Source: Octopus vulgaris
Lineage: Eukaryota
Reading direction: 5' to 3'
NCBI GenBank assembly: GCA_951406725.2
Contig: OX597817.1
Location: 109,120,001 to 109,184,000 of the forward strand
Length of the DNA: 64,000 bases
Position 1 is the stretch's first letter, and every line of letters starts with the position of its first letter. A program made the translations under genes and the position numbers. Shown piece after piece: positions 1-12,849 of the stretch. The notes beneath the pieces are model-generated. The model made no database searches. It had not been told where the DNA came from and worked only from the letters and a program-made list of their open reading frames with translations.

Positions 1-350
1 CATTATCATCATCGTTTAGCGTCCGCTTTCCATGCTAACATGGGTTGGACGGTTCAACTGGGGTCTGGGAAGCCAGAAGGCTGCACCAGGCCCAGTCTGA
101 TTTGGCAATGTTTCTACGGCAGGATGCCCTTCCTAACACCAACCACTCCGTGAGTGTAGTGGGTGCTTTTTACGTGCCACCGACACAGGTGCCAGACGAG
201 GCTGGCAAAAGGCCATGATCGGATGGTGCTTTCCCATCTACCAAGTCCACTCACAAGGCTTTGGTTGGCCTGAGGCTATAGCAGGACACTTACTCAAGGT
301 GCTACGCAGTAGGACTGAGCCAGAGTAGGACTTATTACCACACAGCCATG
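1..350 (-). mobile_element. tRNA-derived SINE with (CAT)n-type tail
   Basis: Contains the GGATGCCCTTCCTAACACCAACC box and the TCCACTCACAAGGCTTTGG segment also seen at 4650-4670. Ends in atcatc repeats. Confidence 0.7.
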
Positions 351-359
351 TATTGATTT

Positions 360-540
360 CCATTTTTGGCACAAGACCAGCAATTTTGGGGAGAGATTGA
401 GTCAATTAGATCAACCACACTGCTCAAAAGGATGAAAAGCACAGTCAGCATATCATCACTTGAACTCAGAACAAAAACATGGACAAAATGCTGCTAAGCA
501 ATTTGCCTGGTTTACCAACAGTTATGCCAGCTCATTCCTT
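360..540 (-). mobile_element. Degenerate copy of the major ~210-bp SINE family
   Basis: GGCACAAGACCAGCAATTTTGGGG...TGAACTCAGAAC...CTAAGCAATTTGCCTGG matches the reverse complement of the copy at 16733-16932. Confidence 0.7.
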
Positions 541-768
541 TATATATATAGGTGTAAATATATGTGTGTGTGTGTAAATATATATATGTATATATATATA
601 TATTAATCAAAGTGTACAGTATCATATACTCATTATGCCTGATTTTACCAATATGTTTCACACTCGGGGCTCATAATTGGATTGTTAGGTAACAGTTCGA
701 TTATGTAACCCTGCACCACATATCAGAGGTAGCTGTTATGAAATCCATATATATATATATATGTATGT

Positions 769-806
<38 letters not shown>

Positions 807-1934
807 CATATATATATATATGTATGTATGTATATGCGCACACACTTACCATGGTCATCAGCATGTGTTAACAATCTTGTTATGTGTCAGTATGCATTGG
901 ATGGTTTAGCAGGATGCATCAGGTCCAGGACTGAATCATACTCTACCATCTATTTTGACATAGTTTCTATAGTTGAATGACCTTCCTCATATAAATTGCT
1001 CTACAGCATTCAGAGAGTGCTCTCTCATGCCATCAGCACTAGTGAAGTCTCCAAGCAGCTCAATACTTGAGCCTCTGAGAGAGATAACTGTATGCTTAGA
1101 ATTAAAGTGTTAAATTATGAGAGAACATGCCAAAGTGGAACACGTTTCTTGCTGTACGAGAGCTACATGAATATATATATTTTAGAAGAGAGTGTGGATC
1201 ATCAGTGTGGAAGATGGGAAGAAATATAAGTAGTGATTATGAGAAGTCTGGGTGGATCTTTATGATATCAGTTATGTGAATGGAGACAGAACACTCATGA
1301 GTTTGGGTGGGCAGAGATTGGTAGGGTTTGTGGTAGAATTAGAAATAAGGGAATGTGTAAAAGAGGAAATATAATGAATGAAGAGCAAGTGTTAAATAGG
1401 GGGCATAGGGAAGAGTAGATGAAACTATAGAGACTGGACCAGATTGAAGGATGGATGTAATACATGGTGGATAGAGTGGGCAAAACTAATGATACATGGG
1501 GTTGAAGAGTAGTAGAATAGAAATGAGAGAGGAAGAGAGATGGGGAGAGAGAGGGAGAGAAAGAGGGTAAAAGAGAGAGAGAAAGACAGACGGACTGACA
1601 GACAGAAAGACAGACAGAGTTAGAGATGGCATGTAGTTGAGTAAGCTGCAAGAATGTAGGCGGGGAAAGGAACAGGTCTAGGAAAGGTCTTTCATTGGAA
1701 AGACAAAAGATGTGTGGTCTTGATGAAAGAGAGGTAATTTGGTGACTCAGGGAGGTGATCAATATAAAATATGAGTGGAGAAGTTTATATTAAGGATAAG
1801 GGTTGGATATTATGCCAAAAGTTTCTAAGTAGTGAGAAAGATTAGTGTTATCAAGAAAAGACTATATTTAGAAAGATAAGTGGTGGAAATGCTTTCAGGT
1901 GAAAATTAGGTACGAACCCAATTTCAGAACTTAC

Positions 1935-2090
1935 TTTTGATGTGTTCAAAGCGTCCTTTCTAGAAACGCATATCATCAGTCATTCCAGTCCCTTGTCATA
2001 TCCTCCTCTAGGTTCAAGGTACTGATATTAGTCTTCACCACTTCATCCCATATCTTCTTGGTTCTTCCTTTCACACATGCTCCAACTATA
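1935..2090 (-). mobile_element. RTE-type LINE, 3' end fragment
   Basis: The minus strand translates to GRTKKIWDEVVKTNISTLNLEEDMTRDWND, resembling the RTE ORF C-terminal motif GRP+KTW..VV..D...DR..WR. Confidence 0.65.
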
Positions 2091-2959
2091 TATTACATGA
2101 TTTAACACATTTTTATGAAGTTGTCTTCATGCACACACACACACACACTCACACATTTATATATATACACACATACATACATATATATGTGTATATGTAC
2201 GTATGTGTGTGTATCCTTCCCTTTTATACATACATGTCTACATATGCAGTGCACATGCACATATACACACACAAGAGCTAAGATTATAACAGGAGTTGCA
2301 CAAGGGCCTAGCATTTCGTTCTAACCCATATGTGAGACTTCTGCAAAATGTTTGACCTCACGTGTGTGTACAATTAGATGTACTATCTTTTAGTTTAGAG
2401 CTCCAAATAGATTATTATCAGGCAATCTGGTTTCAGGATAGTGATTTGGTTACTACTGTACTTAGTAGCATAACTGATTATGATATACAGATCAAATGTA
2501 TGTACCGTCTTAATTGTTTGATGCATTTGATCTCTGTAACACAATGCAATAATGTGTTAGCCTGATGATGTGGTGTGGTTAAGCATCAAATTGCTCTTAT
2601 AACATTCAATACAGAATTCCATGCAACTACAACATCGTAATGTCTCTCTCTCTCTCTCTTTCTCTTACACACACACACACACGTGTGTGTGTGTGTCCGT
2701 GTATGTGTGCACGCGTGTATGTCTGCGTGCATGTATTCGTATACATATATATTTATGTAGGTCAGGCGTTCAGTTTTCAATTCAGAAAAATGCTCCTGTC
2801 CATTCAGCCGGCATAATGACTTAGAGAATACTCTAAGAGTCAATTTAGCAGACCAACGATAACGAATTATTGGTACTGCCGACAACCTTGAGGCTTGGTT
2901 ATCTTTAGCAATAAACTACTACATTTCATCTTTAACGTTACATGTATGTGTGAGCCACT

Positions 2960-2997
<38 letters not shown>

Positions 2998-3439
2998 CAC
3001 GCACGCACACACGCACACACACACGCACACACGCACACACACACACACACACATACACGTACCAGTAATGTTAATATTTTAACGATAGTATCTGCATTTA
3101 CATGTACAGACATAGATTTAACTGATCTGTGGATTTGTGCATACGTATCCAGTATTTAAATTTGCATTTCAACAGAGAGAAATTGGGAAGGGGCAATAAA
3201 TGTATTTTTTAGTATATAAATATATTCCTTCGATATAATTGTATAGAGAAATATAAGGTACACACCAATATTACACACTCATGTACGAATTTACACACCA
3301 CCTGTATGTCCGTCTGTCTCTGTGGTTAAACATGTATGCGTGTGTACTTGTGTGTGGTGTAATCATTATTGAGCACTGGGGTCGATATCACTGACTTAAA
3401 ACTGCTGGCCTTGTACCAAGATATGAAACATTATTGATA

Positions 3440-3720
3440 TTCTTCTTATTTTTTTTGCACAGCTTCTAATGCTGGAGATGTACTACGGTGTCAGCTGTTC
3501 ACTACCACTGAACTAGGGTAACACCTCTTATTTTTCGAGGACCTTCCGGAGTATTCGAGGTTCCAAGCAGTGTTGTTTTCTGCAAGTGCTCCACACTTAT
3601 TGCAGCACCTATGTGTTCCATGTACTTCTCAAGATTTTTACTCACTGTTCCCAAGACTCCGACGATTATTGGTACTACTACTACCTTTTTCATCGACCAC
3701 AACTACTTATCCCCCCAAGC
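3440..3720 (-). mobile_element. R4/Dong-like non-LTR retrotransposon, 3' fragment (restriction-like endonuclease C-terminus)
   Basis: MWSMKKVVVVPIIVGVLGTVSKNLEKY...LQKTTLLGT, then after a frameshift RILRKVLEK*. It abuts the (ATT)n tract at 3741-3820. Confidence 0.8.
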
Positions 3721-3740
3721 TAACCTGTCATATCTATCGA

Positions 3741-3791
<51 letters not shown>

Positions 3792-3820
3792 GTTTTTATT
3801 ATTATTATCATCATTATTAT

Positions 3821-4200
3821 TAAGGCAGCGACCTGGCAGAATCGTTAACATGACGATCAAAATGCTGCTAAGCATTTCGTCTGTCTTTGCGAACTGAGTT
3901 AAAATTCTGCCGAGGTCGACTTTGCTCTTCATCATTTCGTAGGCGATAAAATAAGTATCAATTGAGTACAAAGGTCGATATAATAGAGTATCTTCCTCGT
4001 CAAAATGTCAGGCCTTGTGCCTATAATTGAAAGAATAATAATATTAAGGCACCGAGTTGGCAGAACGGTTAATACGCTAGGTAAAATTTTCAGCGGCAAT
4101 TTCGTCCGTCTTTATGTTCTGGGTTTCAAAGCTACCGCGGTCGATGGAATAAGTACCAGTTGAGCACTGGTGGCCATTTAATCGACTTAACCCCCCACCT
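3821..4200 (+). mobile_element. Two adjacent copies of the major SINE family (3821-4040 and 4045-4200)
   Basis: Each has a TAAGGC..GA(C/G).TGGCAGAA head followed by GGTCGA, ATAAGTA and TTGAG segments shared with other copies. Confidence 0.8.
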
Positions 4201-4267
4201 CGATATTCATGTGTGTGTGCATGTATATACAAGTATACATTATTTATCTTTATGTATATGTATATAT

Positions 4268-4551
4268 ATCTTTTACTTGTTTCAGTCATCAGACTGTGGC
4301 CATACTGGGGCACCACCCTGAAGAATTTTTAGTCGAATGAATCGCCCTCGCTATACCTTTTTAATCCTGGTATTTTTGCTAGAAATTCCTTTTGCTGAAC
4401 CCATAGTTACGAGGACATAAGCACACTAACACCCGTTGTCACTTGATGGTGGTGAGACAAACACATAAAAAAGCACACAACGACATACACGCACATACGC
4501 ATACACACATACACACATACGCGCACATACACATACACGCGCGCACACACA

Positions 4552-4611
<60 letters not shown>

Positions 4612-4780
4612 CATGCAAGGGGATTCTTTCAGTTTCCATCTACCAAATCCACTCACCTCACAAGGCTTTGGCCGGACCGTGACTATAGATAAAGACACTT
4701 GTTGAAGGTCCCACGTTGTGGGACTGAACCTGGAACCATGTGGTTGGGAAGCAAGCTTCTTATCACTCAGCCACATTTGC
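4268..4780 (-). mobile_element. tRNA-derived SINE with an internal (CA)n microsatellite
   Basis: tRNA-like head at 4700-4780 (GTGGCTGAGTGATAAGAAGCTTGCTTCCCAACCACATGGTTCCAGGTTCAGTCCCA on the minus strand) and tail TGACTGAAACAAGTAAAAG. A related tail lies on + at 4820-4985. Confidence 0.75.
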
Positions 4781-5221
4781 ACCCGGATATTTGTGTGTGT
4801 GTGTGTGTGCGCGCGTGGGTTTATATCCGTTGTCTTCGGCTGTTGGACAACCATTTAGGTCCCTGTAACTTAACGGTTGAGCAAAAACGAGCCGATAGAT
4901 TAAATAACTTGTGAAAAGTAGTCAAGGTTGTGCCTAAGCTTGGCCGCAGCCTATTGACTTAAACAAGTAAACAAGAAAAGATAAATTATTAAGAGGCCCC
5001 GCGGAGAGCCCATCCGTTTCATAGGACCACTTCATCGATAGATCTATCCCCAGGGCGTTTGAAACTGCTGACCTCTCAGTAGAACATCTTGCTAATTATA
5101 ACATGAACGCTCTTTTTGAACTATGGTCTTCCCAGACCCACACAGGAACATCACACATACACACACACACACACACACAAGCGCCCAGACACACACGTGC
5201 ATAGACAGCTAGCTAGCTAGC

Positions 5222-5296
<75 letters not shown>

Positions 5297-5302
5297 ATAG
5301 AT
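5222..5302 (+). repeat. (TAGA)n microsatellite; others at 24581-24696, 25884-25979 and 58528-58609
   Basis: Direct tandem tetranucleotide repeat. Confidence 0.95.
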
Positions 5303-5667
5303 ACATGATTATGTGCATGTGTATTTCTCTGTATCATTTGGAGACAAGTGGTCTCCCTTTCGTTTCTTCACAAGAAATATTATTAAAGCTCATGGTTATT
5401 ATTATAACGATTGCAGTTTCAGTCAGCGACTATTTTTACTATCTAGTGCAGCTCATATCGTACACAAACTTAAATCAAGTACTCTTTTTGCAGACTTCTC
5501 AAATAAGAAATTGTCTGCGATCATTATTTTAAATAGCCTAATAAGTGCATGTTTCTAACTGAAAGTTCCTTATAGTCTCTCAGTCGTTCTAAGCTGTCAA
5601 AAGCACAATTAAGACTATGCTTAAACCTAATAAAACTGAATTATGGCCGATGTTGTTCCGTACTTAC

Positions 5668-5795
5668 CAAAGAAGAGTTTCTTTTCCACATTTAATTTTA
5701 AATCGATTTGAATTTCTGTGATGTCTTCTTTGCCTTTCTCGATAAGAATTATCATAATCGCTAATGAGGTTTCTCTTCATTACGGACATAATCAT
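5668..5795 (-). CDS. Candidate first coding exon of an unidentified host gene (42 codons, phase-2 donor)
   Basis: ATG at 5795 opens MIMSVMKRNLISDYDNSYRERQRRHHRNSNRFKIKCGKETLL, running to a consensus G|GTAAGT donor in non-repetitive sequence. No downstream exon was identified. Confidence 0.3.
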
Positions 5796-6848
5796 GAATG
5801 ATTCCAATGTGTTTTGTTTTTGTTGTTGTTGTTGTTTGCGTTCACTACGTAATTGCGTTAGCTCAAATAAAATATGAAAATACAGTTTAAAGATACATTA
5901 ATTAATATATGCTTATCTATAATTAATGTCAGTTTTCTAGGTCTCGAATATCACGAACTCAATGTATTTCAGTACATAAACTCCCATACAGGCATAATCT
6001 CACATACACGCACATGCACCCCCCCCCTCACACACACAAGTATACATACACATGTACACGCTCATATATGCACACGCATATACACGCGTGCGCGCACATA
6101 TATAGTATATGTGTATCTGAATCTGTACACGTACTACTTGTCTGTTATTTCTCAGGTAGAGTTTACGTTTTCAACGGCACTGACACCGCTAAATTAAGTG
6201 GTAGTGTCCAGGTGTCGAGACCAAAATGATATCCGTTGCGAAGCTGATGATGGTAATATAGCTGTGATACATTTGTTGCCAGTGAATCTTTAACGTCTAA
6301 TGATCTCGTTGTTGTAAGTTGTCCTTCATTCTCGTAGATTTAGAATTATGAAAGTTATTTTGGATTTTGGGTTATAGCGAATTTGTTCAGTGTATTATGA
6401 CATACAATGACATTGTGTTAATGTCCCTAATGAGAAGTTTAATTATGGCAAGTTTAATCCTTAATCTGGAGATTCAAGTTTTGGGAATCCAGGACTTAAG
6501 AGTCCATAGGCTTATAGACACACACACACAAATGCATATATACGTACATATACACGTATAGATAATATATGTGCACATATATATATATGACTGGGTGCGA
6601 GTGTGTGTGGGTATGTCTATGAACACACTTGTACATGTACATATACTGATATATAGCGGCATTTTTTGTATAGTTTAAATATAAGGTATACATACCTAAA
6701 TTATCACCAGAAAAAGCTGTTATGTCGTGCATACACTCTTAATTAATCAACTTGCCACCTACAAATTAAACTAATTCAGCTCTAACTCAGGTTATATACT
6801 CTTTAGCTATATGTTGCTAATTATACTGTCAATAAATGGTGGACAATC

Positions 6849-6889
6849 TCTAACTGAAGACGGTTTTACAACAACCGAAAGTACTCAGA
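6849..6889 (+). ncRNA. Minimal type I hammerhead ribozyme motif (PLE-type)
   Basis: CTGAAGA-C-GGTT(ttacaac)AACC-GAAA-GTAC-TC, with palindromic AGTACT in place of stem III. Stem I is weak (TCT/AGA with two unpaired A). Confidence 0.55.
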
Positions 6890-7519
6890 CGGAAACTGTT
6901 TTGCTGCCTCAGTTTGACTGTTTTCTTTACTTCTTAGAGTATGGTTAAGTTATATATCTATTAACAAGATGTATGTTACACATCAAATTATTCCCGATAC
7001 CCTCTGCAGTCAACGCTTGATAAATTAACTCACGATTTCAGCGCATGTTTTGCAGAACAAATTAAGCAAAGTTAGCTTTATCGGAATTAGTGAAAACTAA
7101 AATACAACTCTACGCTAATCTTTTTTCAGATTATATCTCAACTTTACCAGTCAGATTAGGAATTCCCTGTGTTGTGATCTTTAATTATGTCATCCACAGT
7201 GATGTTGTTTCGTAGGGTTATTTAAAGGATATAGAAAAAAAAAAGATTTTTAGCGCTATTAATGAATTCATACACGCGTAAACGTGCATACACGCACGTG
7301 GATGTACCCACCACACAAATCCATATATATTTCTATATGTGCATTAATGTATCAAGCATATACGTGTGCGTAAATGCAAATATTTATGCACGAATTGGAC
7401 TGTTCTGTTGTACTAGGTGGATGTGGGTACTGCAGGTCTCTGCTGAACAATTGTTTGAGTTGTACATTGACTCACTGCCCCCGTCAAATCGATATTGCCT
7501 GAACAGGTGCAGAGTGTGC

Positions 7520-7660
7520 CACGTCAGAAGTCGAAGTGATCAAAGAGTAAAGTGAAATGAAGTGTTTTGCTCAAGAACACAACACACCTCTTGGTCCGGG
7601 AATCGAAACTACGTCCTTGCGATCGTGAGTGCAACAACGTAACCATATGCCACACACCTT
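7520..7660 (-). mobile_element. tRNA-derived SINE head with CORE-like segment
   Basis: GTGAAATGAAGTGTTTTGCTCAAGAACACAAC...GGAATCGAAAC, the same family as 57267-57490. Confidence 0.7.
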
Positions 7661-8735
7661 CACATATATGTAATTTCACACACAAACAATACACACACAC
7701 ACACACACACACACACATATGTATGAATGCTTGTATATATGTATGTATGTTTGTATGTATGCATCTGTGTATCTATGTGTATGTGTGTTGCATATAAGAA
7801 CGCACGCAACAGCACACACCTATATATTTACACTTGTATGTGTATAACTTTGGTTTACGAATATAATTGTAAATATAGAGATCTAGAAATAGTAAATTTA
7901 TACGGATAAGATTTTTTTATATAAAAAAACCTCACCTGTTCACATGACAACGCCTCAAATAATTTACAGCTTCCTTATTCACGTGATTGACATTTGATAA
8001 GGGATGAACTAAATATTTACATATTTTATCCATCATATTTTGTGGGTGTGATAGTTGCGCAAAATTTCCGTCTGGTATTATATGCCGAATTCTAAATATA
8101 CACATTTCTCAACATTAAAGATTATGTCAACGTGTTTGCGCGTTTATGTGCATGTGTGAGTGTGTTTGTGTGCGTGTATTTGCGTGCGTGAGTGCGTGTG
8201 TGTATGTATGTGTTTGTGTGTGTGTGTGTGTGTATGCGCGCGCGTGTGTACGTGCGTGTTTCTTGGTTTACGTGATCGTGTGAATGTTAAGTTAGTAGTT
8301 GATTGATGTTTGGGACGGTTGTGCTCTACCTTGGTTGGGCGCACAGCCAATGACACTTGCTTCACTCAAACACCGCTTCCTAACAAATTGGTAATTAACA
8401 TCGCCAGGAGCTATGCTCTGCTAGCTGTTTCAAATGCTAATTATCGCCAAATCATAGTCTTTATACCTAGAATCATCACTTGTCTTCGACAACACGTTCC
8501 CACTAAACAAATTTATATGTTCTATCCATCATAATCGTCGTTTGTCGTTGTCGTCATCGTCATTGTCATCAGGAACAACAACGTCATCATCCGAACCTCA
8601 TTAACGGCATCACGAACTTGATTATTATTATTATCATCATCATTTTCATTAACATTACCTTTGTTATCATCATCGTCATTATCATCATCGGTAACAGAGA
8701 ACCCGCCACTCTTATCGCCATGTCAATGACATTTT

Positions 8736-8770
<35 letters not shown>

Positions 8771-8820
8771 TTTCAAATATATACATATGTATATATATAT
8801 ATATATAATTATTATTATTA

Positions 8821-8914
<94 letters not shown>

Positions 8915-9874
8915 TACTGCGTCTACTACATGATTTTTCTTTAAGCTTCAGCGAATTTTGAATGTGGGTATTTTATCTCCAGACTTGATAACTTATCACA
9001 TCTCTTTTTTTTTTTGTGTAAGTTGTTTAGAAGTGGTATTATTTTACCAATATGTTATTAAAAAACCATTTCAGTAGATGATCTGATAAGAATCCATATA
9101 CATACGAAAAGTAATTTCATATGATACTCCCCAGAGATGGGACAAACAGATGGCCATTTCGTTTCAGGTGCAACATTATTACATATAACACTACACAATT
9201 GATTTTATTGATTAAATCTGTGGTTTGCTTTCTGCTGTAAATGTCCGACAAATGAAGCTTTGAGTTTTCATCTATAGCCAGACTACATTGATTGCAGTTG
9301 CTTTTCTTGCACAGCGTGACTGACTGACTATGGGAACATATATAAGGATGGAATATTTTGTAACTTTATATGATGCTTGGTTTTTTTTTTAAATTAGAGT
9401 AGCATTGGAACATCAAGTCTTTAGTACATTTATAATTGCTCAATAGCATAATGTTTCCAAAGAACTATTAAATAGATACTGTGAAATTTGTCTGTAGTCG
9501 GTGGTGAACGTTTCAACTGTTGACCTATCAACTGGAGCTATCAGTTTCTCTCCTATCGTTTTTATTGACTTGTATTCCTGAGCAAAGTGGCAAAAGATGA
9601 AAATAGATGGAAAATGAAAAGACTTGCATATTAATTCGAAACTGTTGTTTTGATGTTTAAGTGCTGAGATTACAAGAGAATGAATATATTCATCGGAAAA
9701 CTATGTTGATGAAGAAGCAAGCAGTATAAAAAGATGAAGAAATTAAACTTATTTTTTTACCGAAAATTTCTCAAAGATGTGAATTTGATTATAACCAGAT
9801 GTTATTTTACTTGAATTAAAATATTTGAAGATACTTCTGTACATATTGCTAAGGATAAGTTGTCGGTAATAGTC

Positions 9875-10090
9875 CTTTCTATTATTGGCACAAGGCCTGA
9901 AGTTCTGGAGTGGAGGCTACTCGATCGCATCCACACAGTGCATGACTGGTATTTGTTTTAATTTATCTGAAAGGACGAATAGGAAAATCAACCTTGGTAC
10001 AGTTTGAACTCAGAAAGCAAAAACAAACAAAATGTCACTAAACATTTTGTCCGATGCGCCAACGATTGTGCTAACGATTGGCCACCTTCC
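9875..10090 (-). mobile_element. Major SINE family copy
   Basis: GGCACAAGGCCTGAA...ACTGGTA...TTTGAACTCAGAA...CTAAACATTTTGTCCG. Confidence 0.7.
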
Positions 10091-10964
10091 AGCTGTTTGT
10101 AATAGTGGTATGTGGAAGTAAATGCCATAGAGTATTTATTTTTGCTTCTCCACATCGTGAGTTTAAGTTTTTATTTTTATATCGTAAGTACAACCAGCCG
10201 TCACTTGCGAGCGAGTATAGTTTGATAACATGTATCATGCCTTCATTGATTGAATTAGGCGTTAATATAGTAGCGAACCTACATAAACATCTTGATGAAA
10301 TGATGGGACATGCTGAAAGAAATAATGCATCACTCCAGTTCAAAAATTGAACCCTTGACTTTATAATCCTGAGACATGAATTTTAACCTACAGGTCACAT
10401 AGTATAGCAGGCTAAACGGTACTCATAACACTGTACGGAAAGAATATAATAAAATTAAAGTTAATATAGTTAAAACTGAGTTATATGTCAGATTGATGCA
10501 ATAGTGCTTAATTTCTAGACTTTCTATTGAGTGTTTAGTAAGTTAATATATAGTTGGTGTTTTTCAAATTATGCGTGGTTATCTAAGCCTGAGCAGTAAC
10601 TACCCCTGTAAAGACACAATCATTGATGTTATATATGTGCTTCTGTCATGACATGCTTGGTAATCTTTGTGTCGGTAGTGCCGTATGAGAAGATATGCTT
10701 TATGGTGCTTTATTTTCTGCATAGAGAGAAGCTAGTTTAATTTATTGGCTGTCATGAAACATGATACCAACGGTATGAGATATACCAATGCAGCAGAATG
10801 TTTAGGTCAATATTTTCTCTTATGATCCCATGTTAGTCCCAGTTATTTAAATATACAAATGTCCACAATAAAATTTATCTTTTAATCTTTAGTTAAAATA
10901 ATATTTAAAGAAGAAAAGTTAAAATAATATTTAAAGAAGAAAAGAAAAACAATTACACGTGGGC

Positions 10965-11185
10965 CGATAATGGTTTCAAATTTTGTGATAAAGCCAGCAG
11001 TTTTTGAGGGGCGGGGTGAGTTGATTACAGTGACGCCTGTACTTGATTGTTACTTATTCTATCGAGTCCGAATGGATAAAAGGCAAAGCCGGTCTGGGCG
11101 GATTTTGAGCTCAAAACGTAATGACGGACGAAATGCCAGGAAGTATTTCATCCGGCGTACTAATTGTTCAGCTAGCTTGCCACTC
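10965..11185 (-). mobile_element. Major SINE family copy
   Basis: AAAGGCAAAG...GGCGGATTTTGAGCTCAAAACGTAA...CTAGCTTGCC. Confidence 0.7.
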
Positions 11186-12849
11186 TGTGGAACCAATAAT
11201 AGAAGTGTTATTATTTTGATGCAGATGTGTTTCATTACTCTAGAATGTGCTTAATCTCCAGATACTTGATGTATATTCACGAATGCCTTAAGAGTAATAA
11301 ATAGCACATTTTAATAATTAAGTAATCTGACCCTCGAATTACTAATTCTGACCCTCGAATTACTAATTCGAGGTAAAGAAGATATTGTTGCACAAAAATT
11401 CTGATTTTATTATTCAAGATATTCAAGTTTGAATAATGATATGAACAAAACAGATTATTCAAAAATTTAGATTTGAAGTAAAATTAATGTCACATTGATT
11501 GCTGTTATAAATATTTGCAAATTTACATTCATGCCATCTATGTATAAACTTATGTTTTGGGAGATATGACGTGATTTAAGTTTTTATTAAAAGAGCCCCT
11601 GATGCGCTTTTGATTCCCGTTTGGCTCTCTTATATAAGAAATGTTCCTGAAAAATGGCATTGAATATCAATACTTCTTCCACACTCAGAAATATCGATCA
11701 TTCATATCTTTAGATAAATAAGTGCGTATGTGTGCCCATGTATGTGTGAAGTAAATATGTATTGAAATGAATTTGCCAAAAATAGCCCTTTGTTGATGTA
11801 AAATTCATGCGAATATTTATATAATTTTAAAATGTGCTTCATTTATTCAAATTTTACGAGCCAATGGTTGATTCCTTGCGTGATAGCTTGAAAGGCTAGA
11901 AATAACAGCTAAAGCTCCTTTAAATAACACTTAGTTATGAACATTGTAAATGCGGAATTATATGGTGTTTAAGAAGTGGTCACGGCTGGATATCGTTTAA
12001 TCATATATCTACTCGATTAGACCCGACCAAGAAATAAGCAACAACAATGCGTGTGATATGTTTGATAATGAGCAACTTAAAGAGGAGGAGGAGAGGAAGA
12101 GGAGGAGAATGGTGACGCAACTTCCTCATTCTCTACAAACGTCTGCATACGCACATCATTGACCATGAAATGCTGAACTCATTGAGTATTGGTCGCAAAC
12201 AAACCATCTGACCAGTAGCTCTACTCTTTTTCACAAGACGTAAACAAACAAATGCTCCAGACTGGTCAGAGAAAATCTATGTCAAGAATTAGGTCTAGGA
12301 AGTAAAACGCGAGAGAGAGAGGGAAGAAGAGAAAGAGAGAGAAAGAAAGAATGAAAGAAAGAAAGCGAGAGAGATCCTTGACTCAACCAAAAAATTTCCA
12401 TTTACATTTATCAAATAGCAAGGAATCAAATCGAAAAGAATGGGGAAGGAGAACAATATAACTGTAATTAATAATCGAGAAATAATACGTTATCTTTAAT
12501 TCGTATAATAAATCCATTGCAAATGTTCGCAAATCGGTTACGACCTGTAAAGAAATTTACAGAAAACAAGTCATACAACAACACTCTGATTCCTTACCCA
12601 CAATAATAAGGGAAAACAGTACGAATAAAAGCATATCGTTCTCTGTCAGTTTAAAAATAACATACATATGTAGATCTTCATGCATATAGAGATTTCTACC
12701 ATAGGCACAAGGCCTGAAATCTGGGAGAAGGGGAATTGTCAATTACAGTGACCCCAGTGCTCGACTTGTACTTATTTCATCGGCCAGAGTCACCCTCAGG
12801 CAAAGTCACCCTCAGTGGAATGTAAACTTACTAGATGCATATAATGTAC

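Noticed and set aside
6155-6229. Acceptor followed by GRVYVFNG, resembling an FG-GAP repeat motif
   Set aside because: The match is only 8 aa, the donor is weak, a stop follows soon after, and there are no neighbouring exons.
10890-11372. Short direct duplications (10890-10943 and 11326-11367; also ~50163-50212 and ~52204-52254) as a CRISPR-like or regulatory array
   Set aside because: Each has only two adjacent copies and no spacers, consistent with ordinary slippage duplications in a eukaryotic genome.
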